From: a virus
DNA: 64,000 bases
Virus record (IMG/VR): IMGVR_UViG_3300047476_000597
Span: 1-64,000 of that record
Reading direction: 5' to 3' (one strand)
Every line of letters begins with the position of its first letter. Positions within the stretch are counted from its first letter, which is position 1. A program made the position numbers and the translations under genes. The notes under the pieces are model-generated. The model did not search any database and was not told where the DNA came from. It was given only the letters and a program-made list of their open reading frames with translations. Of this stretch, positions 20,469 through 30,510 are shown one piece after another.

Positions 20469-21127
20469 AGTCCAAATGCTTTTATTGTGTACTCAAAAGG
20501 ATTACCTTCTATTGCTTTTATCTGTCGTAACATTTCTTTTGCTATTTCTTGTATTTCTAATTGTGCATGATTGTCAGCACGTAGGTTGTAAAAATGCATG
20601 AATGATCTCCAGTTAAAAGACACATCAGCTGTTATCTGGCTGTTGTATGTTTTAAAGAACCTAGCAGACTCTTTTGCTCTTTTTCTACCTAGTACTGGTG
20701 TTAGTTCTTCTAGACACTGATGATACAGCTGGTTGCCTTGTTCTGTGTATAGCTGTAGTGCGTGTTTCCATGTGTCAGCTCTTTCTTCATTTATATACAC
20801 ATCATCTGTTGGCACATCAAAATCATCTGGCAGATAGTACTTATCTTCTTTCAGCTCTTTATACCTAGCAGATTCTCCGTTAATAGGAACACCTATACGA
20901 TGTTTTAACATATGTATATGGGTTGCTATATCTGTAGTAACAAGAAAATGGATCATACTCTTTTCAAACGGAGTACCATGCCCACTATCTGCTAGGTCTT
21001 TCAGCAGTTTTGGTATTCTTGCTTCTTTATCTGGTGTTAGTTCTCTATTTGTTGATGTCCAAGCTGATAAAGAGTGCGTATTATCCCCACCGTAGTGGCC
21101 AATTAGTTCTACTGTATTACTATTCAT
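20465..21127 (-). CDS. thyX: FAD-dependent thymidylate synthase ThyX
   Basis: GHGTPFE, HMLKHR..NGESARY, AKESARF, NWRSFMHFYNLR..HAQLEI. Confidence 0.92.
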   Translation of the reverse strand: MNSNTVELIGHYGGDNTHSLSAWTSTNRELTPDKEARIPKLLKDLADSGHGTPFEKSMIHFLVTTDIATHIHMLKHRIGVPINGESARYKELKEDKYYLPDDFDVPTDDVYINEERADTWKHALQLYTEQGNQLYHQCLEELTPVLGRKRAKESARFFKTYNSQITADVSFNWRSFMHFYNLRADNHAQLEIQEIAKEMLRQIKAIEGNPFEYTIKAFGL

Positions 21128-21841
21128 GTGTTGTTAGTTTTTTATCTAGTTCTTCACATTCCTCTAGTAGCTTGTATACTGAGTGTTTTTCATGCTGTGG
21201 ATAATTTTTTAACATTGCTGATAACCACCAGTGCAGCTTACCTACCAGCTGTCTCATTTCAGGAGCTGCTGCACAGAGTTTAGCATTTTTCTCTGCTTGT
21301 TGTTCCCCTACATCAAAGGTATCTAATACATTAGTAGTACATAGGTTTTCGTCTTTTGGGTCTGTTGCACTTATTATCCAGTATTCTTTGCAGTATTTCT
21401 CAGCATACCATTTGTTATTCTGTTCCATGTTACAGCTTTTCTAGATGACTAATACTCACACATCCTGATATACCTTCTACATTACATACTGGATGTTGTA
21501 CTCCTACATACCATACAGCTGATGTTATGGTGGTGTCTGTTGGGCCATATCGTTCTCCTGTTGGTGTTATTACTGACCAGTATCTTACTGGTGTACCTGG
21601 TATTATTTCTTGTTCTTTCATGCTGTTATTAGTTTTCTAGCCATGTTTTTAGTTCTGGTATTGTTCTAGTTTCCAAGGCTTCCCACACAAGGTCGTATAT
21701 AGTTCCTTGGTAGTTTCCTTCATCTTCTTTGAGCATTGTTACTATTGCTTGTATTAGCTCTCCTTTTATAGTAGCTGACATCTCTTCTGATACTTTTTTG
21801 TGATACTCTTTATATGCAGATTGTTTACCTATATTCTTCAT
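21120..21841 (-). other. Three small hypothetical CDS (21120..21428 with NAKLCAAAPEM motif, 21430..21621, 21629..21841)
   Basis: ORF track. Confidence 0.65.
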
Positions 21842-21869
21842 ATATTATTTTTTTACTATGTTACTAGAT

Positions 21870-22200
21870 ATGGTGAGGTTTTCCTGACAAGACCTTTCCT
21901 TTTTTACTAGGAGTATCTTACACAGGACCTGAGAGGAGATTATATAGAGTATCCTCTCTGCATCAGTAGCTACCTCAGTCTAACAGTTCACCACGCTGTC
22001 TTTCCTGAATCTCGAGGGAATGTGGTATTAGCAGTTTCTTGTCAGCCCTGTTGTCACCTTCAGACAGAGCAGGTATTTATGCCACATTCATGCTTCTTCC
22101 TGTGTCCAAGCTGTTCCTTACGGGGACCACTGCAACTACACAGGCTTTCTGGTACTACTGTGTTTATTGATTTATCAGTTATACTCTGTTTCTGACTGTG
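21870..22200 (-). ncRNA. Candidate large structured non-coding RNA (or RNA-primed origin)
   Basis: ORF-free gap, GC-richer than flanks; nested complementary blocks 21964-21974/22151-22160, 22018-22025/22082-22089, 21884-21892/22037-22045. Confidence 0.5.
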
Positions 22201-22217
22201 GGGGACAATAACAGTAA

Positions 22218-22341
22218 TAAGAAAACCCCAACCAATGAAACCGTGGAAAGGTTTGGTCGGGGCATCTTATTTCCCTTACTTTTATTATTAGTTTATGATT
22301 GTCAGGACTACTTTCCACGGTTTCTTGACACAACAAAGATA
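22218..22341 (-). promoter_or_regulatory. Promoter (-7 TATCTTTG) plus kissing-loop leader ending in a terminator-like hairpin
   Basis: -7 box 22334-22341; 14-nt perfect complement 22311-22324/22237-22250, the latter in the loop of CCCCGACCAA/UUGGUUGGGG followed by UUUUCUU. Confidence 0.7.
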
Positions 22342-22395
22342 CTATTTTACTGTTGTTTCCTAATAGATATTTTCTATAGATTACCTGTAGCTGGT

Positions 22396-23127
22396 CTATA
22401 GATCAACCAGTTGTACTTTTTCTGTCTTCTTAGCTCTGTAGTTGTATATCTCTTGTATGAGTGCTAGATACTGTACTACATTAGCACATTTCACCAGCTT
22501 GCGTGATTGGTATGTCATCTTCTCATTAAAGAATATATCGAATATGAACGATGGATTTTTGATAGCCCTCATCATAGCATAACAGAAACTACGGTCTTTA
22601 TAGAACGGCACATACTGACTCATCTTTACTATCTTACTGGCTATATCTTCTGCTTCTAGGATATTATCAGCAACGAACTGACCTCTAGAGAACTTGTCCT
22701 GTTGTTCTTTTATATTACCACTACCAGTGAGTAGGAATAGATTGGTTGTGGTACCTAGTCCGTACTTCTCTTTGAACTGCTTATATACTACATATTCCCT
22801 ATTACCAGTTGCTATGTAGCTGGTTATATAGTCTTTGTGGTCCCACGGTCTGTTATGAGTATTCAGTGCTTGTACATCTTCGATTTTAGCTCCTTTTACT
22901 ACGTAGTAATATATAGGCTTACCCATCTTAGAAAGAGCTGTAAAACGATGCTGACCATCTATTATCTCCATTTTCTCATTAACCTGTATAGGAGACACAG
23001 CCATGTACTCAGACATTGTTTTTATCAACCTGTTTACATGCAGCTGGTCTACTACTCTATTGCCACCTATTATTGAGAACTTCTTATAGTCGGTTGTTTT
23101 CTCTATTGTCATTCCTGTTGTACTCAT
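22396..23127 (-). CDS. ParB/Srx-like N-terminal domain protein
   Basis: GNRVV..HVNRL..SPIQVN..IIDGQHRFTA. Confidence 0.8.
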   Translation of the reverse strand: MSTTGMTIEKTTDYKKFSIIGGNRVVDQLHVNRLIKTMSEYMAVSPIQVNEKMEIIDGQHRFTALSKMGKPIYYYVVKGAKIEDVQALNTHNRPWDHKDYITSYIATGNREYVVYKQFKEKYGLGTTTNLFLLTGSGNIKEQQDKFSRGQFVADNILEAEDIASKIVKMSQYVPFYKDRSFCYAMMRAIKNPSFIFDIFFNEKMTYQSRKLVKCANVVQYLALIQEIYNYRAKKTEKVQLVDL

Positions 23128-23141
23128 TGTTTAGTTTTTTA

Positions 23142-23699
23142 TTAGTTATCAAACCACATTACTACTCTTACATCTGCTGGTTCTCCCAGTGTTTTTAATA
23201 TTTCTATCTCATTAAAGAACCACTCACCTAAAAACTCCCTGATAGTAGTCTGTTTCCCTTTTCCTTCTTCTGCTATAGCTGCTCCATTAAAAACATTAGG
23301 GCTTTCCTCTTTTGTATACCTACGGTCTTCAAAAACACGATCATAGTCATACTCTATTAGTTCTTTTAGAGTCACATTGTTAAAAGAGTGATAGTTACCA
23401 TCATTGAATAGTTCTTGTTTTACTGATTCTTCATAGTCTCCCATACCAGAAAAGTAGCTGGTTACTTTATTTAGATACTCACTGTCTTCTGGTAGTCCCC
23501 TAGTTTCTCCTGTTATACACTCTATATGACTGTAGTTTCTTACATCAGCAAGAAAACCAAAAATGCCATACGACCTTATACTAAAAGGCTTCGATGTATT
23601 ATTCCATGTAGCTGTACCTGGATCGAATATTTCTTCTGTTACTCGTTCCCACCTATTGTTTATTTTTCTCTCTGCAAAAGCATGTATATCAGCTCCCAT
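23142..23699 (-). CDS. Conserved hypothetical phage protein (MGxDIH...VxWFDN family)
   Basis: MGADIH, RSYGIFGFLADVRN, RGLPED, YHS..TLKEL, VRVVMWFDN. Confidence 0.75.
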   Translation of the reverse strand: MGADIHAFAERKINNRWERVTEEIFDPGTATWNNTSKPFSIRSYGIFGFLADVRNYSHIECITGETRGLPEDSEYLNKVTSYFSGMGDYEESVKQELFNDGNYHSFNNVTLKELIEYDYDRVFEDRRYTKEESPNVFNGAAIAEEGKGKQTTIREFLGEWFFNEIEILKTLGEPADVRVVMWFDN

Positions 23700-23735
23700 T
23701 GTTTTAGTTTTTAGATTGTAGTTTGTCGAATGTTT

Positions 23736-24458
23736 TTATTTGTATCTCCATTTAAATCCTCCAGCAGTTTTATAGTTTTTTACTTTTTTACATACTTTTG
23801 CTATAGCATGTGCTGTTGTAGGTAAAAATAAACTAGCTTCTTTAGCACTTTTCCATTCTTTTATTATGTTTTCTTTTTCATCTAGTTGTAATACAGCTAT
23901 AGACCTATGATCCATCTTTTTTCTATTTTCAGGATTAGATAGATATTTTCTTTTAGCTTCTGACATTTTTCTACGTCTTTCTGGAGAAAAATAGTAACCT
24001 ATTTCTGCCTTAGTTTTTAGAGTTTTTTCTATTTCTTCTTTACTTCTTTTATATCCTTTTAGGCCTTTAGATATATTTTCTTTATGTTTTTCTGTTATTA
24101 TTTGTTTACTTCTAGCTGCTTTTATTTTATTTATAGATTCTGTTGCTTGTTTTATGATACCTCTTTCACCAGTAGGTGATATATTGTAACCGCAGCTTCT
24201 ATTATGTGCATTGTATATTTTAGCCCAATAGTGTTCTCTTTCTTTCAGTTTTTCTATTTCACATATTTCTATTCTTTCAAACTTAAAAGATTTTTCACCA
24301 TATTTATTCCAAGCTCCTTGAAGATGTTGATTTACGTGTCTATTACATTTTAACTTTTTTCTATGCCCATCAAACCATCTTCTAGTAAAACTATTAGCAT
24401 AGCCAATATATACCTTGCCATTTATTTTGTTTATAATACAATATATACCTGTTTCCAT
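23736..24458 (-). CDS. Free-standing GIY-YIG homing endonuclease with NUMOD-type DNA-binding repeats
   Basis: TGIYCIINKINGKVYIG, LQGAWNKYGE, GYNI, RRKMSEAK, KTAGGFKWRY. Confidence 0.9.
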   Translation of the reverse strand: METGIYCIINKINGKVYIGYANSFTRRWFDGHRKKLKCNRHVNQHLQGAWNKYGEKSFKFERIEICEIEKLKEREHYWAKIYNAHNRSCGYNISPTGERGIIKQATESINKIKAARSKQIITEKHKENISKGLKGYKRSKEEIEKTLKTKAEIGYYFSPERRRKMSEAKRKYLSNPENRKKMDHRSIAVLQLDEKENIIKEWKSAKEASLFLPTTAHAIAKVCKKVKNYKTAGGFKWRYK

Positions 24459-24460
24459 AA

Positions 24461-24556
24461 AATAAGAATCCTTTAAAGGTTCACAGCGGCAACTGATCCC
24501 CTTTAAAGGATTGATAATGTTTTTAATAGTTGTTGCCGCAACTTAATGCGAATATA
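24461..24556 (-). promoter_or_regulatory. Promoter (-7 variant TATATTCG) plus kissing-loop leader of the GIY-YIG gene
   Basis: GCGGCAAC in hairpin 1 is complementary to GUUGCCGC in the loop of a 13-bp stem (24467-24479/24500-24512). Confidence 0.65.
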
Positions 24557-24575
24557 CAACTACATTATAACATTT

Positions 24576-25724
24576 TTAGTTTTTACTCATTTTATTTTCT
24601 TTATCGAATCCTTTTAGTTTAGGTAACAGCTCAAAAATACCTGCTTCTACAGTATACTGAAGGTCTGCTTGCATATTCTGTGCTTCTTTAGTTACAGCTT
24701 GCATCATACCAAAACTACTTTCATCTGAATCTCTATAAAAATGCTTGAGAATAGCTTGTTTATGGTTATCTGTTATCTGCAGCTCTTTTCCTATTGTCTC
24801 TATTATACTAGTAGGATGATTTAGTTTATCCTGAGTATACTTAGCTAGTTTGCTTACAAGATTTCCTAGATATTCTTTACTAAGATACACTTTTACAGCA
24901 TCTTGAATTTGACTAAGAACAAGCTCATAGTTTTTCTGTCGTGTGTTTTCTGACCAGTCCACAAAACCTTCGTTTATCATTGCTCCTATATGCGTTTTTC
25001 TTATTCTAGCATCTTTGTCAATAGCTCCGTTGTTACATATTTTAATCATTGCTCTTCCGGCTATTTCAAAAGCCCCAAGACCTAGTTCTGAGTTAGATAC
25101 TATAAAACCAGAAACAATACCTTCATTTAGTTTTGCTTTTTTGTCAACCATATAGTTTTGTAACAACTCCTCTGCTTTATGATGTATCTCAGGAGCTATA
25201 ACATGCAGATACATTCTACTGTCTGTTATCTCTGCTTTTACTATCTCTACATTGATACCTGTTTTCTGTATTGCCTCTAGAGCTGCTATCAGTACATCGT
25301 AGTTGTCTAGAATGTTATACCGGTTACTCAACATAGCCCTACACATATTCTGTACTCCTTCTTCTCCGTAGTTGAATGTACGTAGCAGATACTTCGTCTT
25401 TTCTTTCTTACCTAACCAGCCATTGATATTCTCACCTAGCAGCTGTGGGAACTCTGTCTTGAGTTTCTGATAATATGCACGAGGAATACCTAGTTTTTCA
25501 CTGATCTGGTCATGTGCTACATCTGTTAGGCTGTAACCTGTTTCTTCTATAGAAGAGGCTCCTACGAGCAGCAATCCACTACCTGGGTCATAACGTACAT
25601 GTCCTGTTGGTACTACCCTATCTTCTTTTATCTTATTCTGGTATTCTAGTTTCTGTACTATAGAGCCTAGTGGACTCATCATACTCATTATACTCTCTAC
25701 CTCTTGATCTATTGTTGCTGTCAT
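24576..25724 (-). CDS. DUF932-like phage/plasmid protein
   Basis: AHDQISEKLGIP..Y, RAMLSNRYNILDN, SNSELGLG..ICNNG..RKTHIG. Confidence 0.7.
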   Translation of the reverse strand: MTATIDQEVESIMSMMSPLGSIVQKLEYQNKIKEDRVVPTGHVRYDPGSGLLLVGASSIEETGYSLTDVAHDQISEKLGIPRAYYQKLKTEFPQLLGENINGWLGKKEKTKYLLRTFNYGEEGVQNMCRAMLSNRYNILDNYDVLIAALEAIQKTGINVEIVKAEITDSRMYLHVIAPEIHHKAEELLQNYMVDKKAKLNEGIVSGFIVSNSELGLGAFEIAGRAMIKICNNGAIDKDARIRKTHIGAMINEGFVDWSENTRQKNYELVLSQIQDAVKVYLSKEYLGNLVSKLAKYTQDKLNHPTSIIETIGKELQITDNHKQAILKHFYRDSDESSFGMMQAVTKEAQNMQADLQYTVEAGIFELLPKLKGFDKENKMSKN

Positions 25725-25736
25725 TTTGCTTCTGTT

Positions 25737-26375
25737 TTAGCTGTGAAGAAAACCCCAGAACCCTTTTTTGGTTTCTAGTTCTTGTATTCTTTGTTCTAGT
25801 TTGGCTATTATCTGATCTTTTGTATAGTCTACTGTCTCACCTTGTAGCTCTTTTATTATGTTAGACAGTTTTTCTATCTCTGTTCTGTTATCATCTTCTA
25901 GAGTTTTTATTTGTTTTTTGTGGTTTTCTTCTTTGGTATTTAAGATGTCTTCATAGTCTTTTCTGATATGACTTATATCTTTACTGTGTTTAGTAACAAG
26001 ATCTTCTTTTTCTCTCAGCAGATTATCACTTTTCCGTATAGCTGTACCTAGTTCCTCTTGTACTGTTTCTTTAGCTCTTTCGTAGAGTTTTCTTTCTATT
26101 TCTTCTAGCTTTATGTACTCTTCTTTCTGTTCTATTATTCTGTGTTTTTCATTTACCACAGTTTCTAGAAGACGCACACCACTATAACTGCTACGACCTC
26201 TTTCTACTACATCATAACTACCATATTTCTCAGTAACAGTTATACTAACCTTAACCTGTCCTTGTTTATCTAGTAGCTGGTTGTTTTGTGTTGTCAGAGT
26301 AGTTATCTGATTACGTAGATTATCTAACTCATTTATACTAAGCTGCACTGTCCCCTCTGTTCTTACTGTACTCAT
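25737..26375 (-). CDS. Coiled-coil hypothetical protein
   Basis: ORF track; heptad-rich, ends KKGFWGFL. Confidence 0.7.
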   Translation of the reverse strand: MSTVRTEGTVQLSINELDNLRNQITTLTTQNNQLLDKQGQVKVSITVTEKYGSYDVVERGRSSYSGVRLLETVVNEKHRIIEQKEEYIKLEEIERKLYERAKETVQEELGTAIRKSDNLLREKEDLVTKHSKDISHIRKDYEDILNTKEENHKKQIKTLEDDNRTEIEKLSNIIKELQGETVDYTKDQIIAKLEQRIQELETKKGFWGFLHS

Positions 26376-26385
26376 TGTTTCTGTT

Positions 26386-28113
26386 TTATACTTTATGTTC
26401 TGATATATCCTCTATCTCTGCTTCCCATTTGTAACAATCTTCTTCTCTTGTATTGTCTTGTAACCAGCTAAACAAACCATCTTTATCAAGCCCACCCATC
26501 TGTATAGTACCAGATTCTTCAGCTGTTTTTAACAGTGCTTTGTATATACTCTTAGGCATTTTTATATCTCCATACCCTATTGTATATGTTACCTTAACCT
26601 GCAGGTCTTTTACTACTATTGTCTTTTTCTTTGCCATGTTGTTGTTTTTAAAACTCACTAATCACACATATCATTCCACTTTCGTCAGCACCTAGATGCT
26701 TCTGTGCCCACTGTATTGCTTCTTCTTTTGTTTTAAACGTTGCTAGATTAGTCCACTCACCGGATTCTATTCTGTTTACATGTGGTATATCTACTGCAAA
26801 AGAGTCTTCATTGTTATCATCGTAGTCGTACTCTGTACTGTTTGTTATCTCACTCATTGTTTTAGTTTTATTAGAGTACCATCATTCATTGCTTTTCTTA
26901 TCCAGCGCATATATGTTATAGCTTTATCTTCTGATAACAGGGTTGCATTACCTATATCTTCTACAGGTACTGGAAACTGGTATATGTCATATTCAGTATT
27001 CCATTCTTCTACTTCTTCTGAGCCTACAGATATTACTGGAACATCTCTTTCATTTGTCATTACATTGTAATAGAATATACCAGCTCTGTAGCTGTCGAAT
27101 ATTACTATGTTGTCTTTTACTAGTTCTTTTATTGTTGGTGCCATTGTCTTTATTTTATACTGTTTATATAACCTTGTATTGCTTTCTCGTATATCATAGA
27201 CTGTATTCTGTTCCAATCTGCTTCTATCTCTGAGTTTTCTATATTTCCCTTGTAGTCTTCTACTAACAGCTGATAAGCACTGTCTCCTTCTTCATATTCT
27301 CCTGTCACTAGTTTGTACAGATCTTGCTCATTTGCTATCCAGCTACATGAGTAATAGTCAGGATAGTACTGTTCCACGAATGACCACACATCTTGTTTAT
27401 GTTCTAACATTGGTAGCTGTTTATTGCATTTATAATATCTGCTAGACTGATAGTTTCTGTAAAGAACTCCTCTCCAGTGTGCTTACCTAGTCCGGTCCAG
27501 TTTACATGATTCTCTCCATAGAACCTTATAGTATGTCCTTCTACTGTTTGTTCTGGTATATGAGTAAGATGTTCATCATTTTCCTCTATTTCTACGAATG
27601 CCCAACCTTGTTTTGGTAGCTGTTCTGCAATATTCATTTCTTGCCATTCTTCATCTACACCAGTTAGATCAAGAAACTCCACTTTATGAGTAAGAATCTC
27701 TATGGACAACATATTAGAATACTCATCTTTTAATAGATTAGCTTTTCTATTCAGGTTTCTCCACACATGATGATGTTCGTTTGCTATATTATCTATAGTT
27801 ACTAGAGCACAATCTGACGAATCCCACTCACTATTTGTATGAGCCCGTACTAGTATATACTCTGTTGGTTTTTGTGATATTCTCATGAGTTTTTCTTTAT
27901 TAGTTCAACAACTTCTTCATCACTCATATTCCACTCATTTTCTGATAGATAGAAATAGACTAAACTATCTATATCTTCTGCTCTTTCATCTCCTTGTGCT
28001 AGACCTATTAGTATCTCATCTTCTAGGCCTTTTGTACTGACAAATACTCTAACATCATCTTGTATTTCTACCTGTTTATAAGGATACTTCTCTCCTTTAT
28101 ACGTTAGTTCCAT
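26386..28113 (-). other. Six hypothetical CDS (26386..26658, 26648..26857, 26854..27216, 27150..27410, 27404..27886, 27883..28113)
   Basis: ORF track; 27404..27886 (KPTEYIL..TNSEWD..GKHTGEEF) resembles a Bacteroidetes ICE hypothetical family from memory. Confidence 0.65.
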
Positions 28114-28981
28114 CTATCTCTTTTACTATTCGGTGAATAAAAATACCACTATCGGATAACCAACCAAATTCTGTTGTTATAGCTTCTTCTATGGTAGCTG
28201 GTGCTGGTTCTTCTATATCAGCATTATTAGCTGCACATATCTGCATTATCTCTTCAGCTACTACTATCTCTACTAAGAACTTCCTTGTTTTGTGCGCTTT
28301 TTCTACAATGCTTTTTATTGTTTTCATAGTTCTCTTTTTACGTCATCTACTCTTTGTTCTAGATTACATGCCACATCTCTATATCTTTCTGCATTATATT
28401 TACAGCTGTCAACAATAGAATGAGCCCACTCTTTTAATATATCGTGCTTACGATGCCATTTATTAATAGCATGTATTTCATCTGTTATTTGTTCTATTGT
28501 CTTCATAGATTATCTATTAGATTGAGTATTCTACGTTCTGTAGCATTATCTACTGCTTGGTCAGCACATTCACTGATTAGTTCATTGCTGAATGTTTTTA
28601 TTCTTTCTTGTATTAGGCTATATAGATCATAGCCTATATGATAGCTCTCTAGTATATCTAGTATCTCTTCTGTTAGCTGTTCTGCTGTTTTCATTAGAGT
28701 TTGTTTTTTACATCAAGAATAGACTGTCTGTTTAGTACTGGATGTACAGGATCTCCATCTTTGTCATCATACATTTCATCGTACCAGCTACCCATCTCGC
28801 ATTTTTCCATCTCACACTCAAAAGAACCAGCGCATTGATCTATTATACTGTGACTCCATTCTTCCAGCAGTTTTTCTATTTTACCCAGACCTTGTACACT
28901 GATACTTGTTTTTTCTACATTATCACATTCTTCGTAACCTATCTGGTTTATTTCTTCTACAATATCCATTATTGTTTTCAT
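28097..28981 (-). repeat. Tandem array of four small ORFs all starting MKT, three of them apparent paralogs
   Basis: MKTIEQITDEI..LKEWAHSIVDSC; MKTAEQLTEEI..FSNELISECA; MKTIMDIVEEI..LEEWSHSIIDQCA. Confidence 0.6.
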
Positions 28982-29208
28982 AGTTTGTTTTTTACATTGT
29001 TACTGAGATACACATATATATCTTCTATTTTCTCAAACACCTCTTCTTCTTTTCTTTCTTGCTGATAGTCAAAATAGTACTTTACATAGTAACCAGATGA
29101 CATAGTATTTGGTCTTGCTTCCCAGTTTTTTATTTGTGTTTGTATTACATGATTATTGCATAATATAAACACATTTTGGTTTACTGCATATTTTATTTCT
29201 ATTTTCAT
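28978..29208 (-). CDS. Small hypothetical protein, paralog of 39558..39782
   Basis: MKIEIKY..VFIL..N.V..Y..EEEVFEKIEDI vs MTIETKY..VWLI..KV..Y..ESQLFHTKEEL. Confidence 0.65.
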   Translation of the reverse strand: MKIEIKYAVNQNVFILCNNHVIQTQIKNWEARPNTMSSGYYVKYYFDYQQERKEEEVFEKIEDIYVYLSNNVKNKL

Positions 29209-30197
29209 ACTATTTGTTTTTGTTTAAACTGCTCTATTATTACTTCGCTACCATACTCAGCATATATATCGGCCCAGTCTTTTAAGAATCTTTCTTCCCA
29301 GAACCATCTAGGAACATTCACGTAATGCATCCACGGATATTTTTTTTGCATATCCAGACTAGCTTTGACTCCTGCTGGATCTGAATCAAAACTGATATAT
29401 ACTATCTTGTTTTTTAGTTTTTCTATAACATCTTCTGTATAAGAAGCAGCCGATTCATTTTGTAGAGATATAATACCCAGCTGTGGGAATATGTTTGAGA
29501 GTGTCATACGATCTTTTCTACTCTTACTGATTACTATTTTATCACACGTATCTATGACCTTTGTATTCTCTACTATCTTACCGATATTAGTTATCCATTT
29601 CCACTTTCCGTCTCTATGAGGATAGTATATCTTGAACCCATTAGGAAACCAGTATGCAAAACACAGCTCACCTTTATCTATTTTTTGTGGCCTACGATTA
29701 ATACACCAGCTCTTAACATTGTATATTCTCTCTCTGTGTAGTTGGTCTTTAGAGATTCCATACTGTGCCCAGTACTGTAGTGCAGCTGTATCCCAATCTT
29801 TACTATCAACCTGTATGAGCTTATATCTCTTTTCTTCTAGTACTGGTGCTACATACTGCTGCTTTATACTCTCATACCGGTTACTACCGTCTAGGAGGCC
29901 AAAATCCTGTGCTATTTTCTCTACAGCTGCTTCTGTACTGAGACTGTACAGCTGTCTGACAAACGCTATACAATCACCATGATATTCATCTTGTTCTGGA
30001 TCAAAATCTCTATGGTATATTCTATTATCTTTCTGATATATACCGAATGAAGGAGAACGTTGTTTGATGAATGGAGACTCTATCATTTCACCTAGAGAGA
30101 AACTACGAGGCATGTAGTATCGGTAGACATCATACTCAGATATTTTCTTGAACATATCTGGTATCTTAATCATGTCCTTCTTCTTGATTAGTATCAT
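29205..30197 (-). CDS. DNA primase (crAss-type, Toprim)
   Basis: ESPF..SPSF..DF..GDCIAFV, YWAQYGI, KIYYP, ISKSRKDRM, QNES, FDSDPAG, KDWAD. Confidence 0.85.
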   Translation of the reverse strand: MILIKKKDMIKIPDMFKKISEYDVYRYYMPRSFSLGEMIESPFIKQRSPSFGIYQKDNRIYHRDFDPEQDEYHGDCIAFVRQLYSLSTEAAVEKIAQDFGLLDGSNRYESIKQQYVAPVLEEKRYKLIQVDSKDWDTAALQYWAQYGISKDQLHRERIYNVKSWCINRRPQKIDKGELCFAYWFPNGFKIYYPHRDGKWKWITNIGKIVENTKVIDTCDKIVISKSRKDRMTLSNIFPQLGIISLQNESAASYTEDVIEKLKNKIVYISFDSDPAGVKASLDMQKKYPWMHYVNVPRWFWEERFLKDWADIYAEYGSEVIIEQFKQKQIV

Positions 30198-30200
30198 ATA

Positions 30201-30449
30201 CTACTCCTCTTTTTGGAACTGCTCTATAACCTTTTTGTATTTTTCTCTTATACTGAAAAAGATATTAGCGTAATAGGGTCTAACTTCTTTTTTCATTCCT
30301 GTATCTTTTTCTACTATTATATGATAGAGTTTTTCTGTACTCACTTCTTTTGTTTCATTCTCCCATGCCTCTTCTGCAAGAGCTGTTGCTAATCCTTCTA
30401 TGTCTACCTGACTGTATATTACATCTTCTTTCTCGGCCATTATCACCAT
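30201..30449 (-). CDS. Hypothetical protein
   Basis: ORF track. Confidence 0.65.
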   Translation of the reverse strand: MVIMAEKEDVIYSQVDIEGLATALAEEAWENETKEVSTEKLYHIIVEKDTGMKKEVRPYYANIFFSIREKYKKVIEQFQKEE

Positions 30450-30473
30450 TCTATTCTGTCTTTATATTATTAG

Positions 30474-30500
30474 AAAAGGGTACGGCATTACACCGTACCC
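30474..30500 (-). terminator. Intrinsic terminator
   Basis: GGGTACGG/CCGTACCC stem followed by TTTT on the minus strand. Confidence 0.7.
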
Positions 30501-30510
30501 CTCATTATTT

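Noticed and set aside
21870-22200. Group I/II intron or RNase P in the non-coding gap
   Set aside because: No P7 (R/S), domain V or GAGGAAAGUCC signatures; flanking ORFs are not halves of one gene
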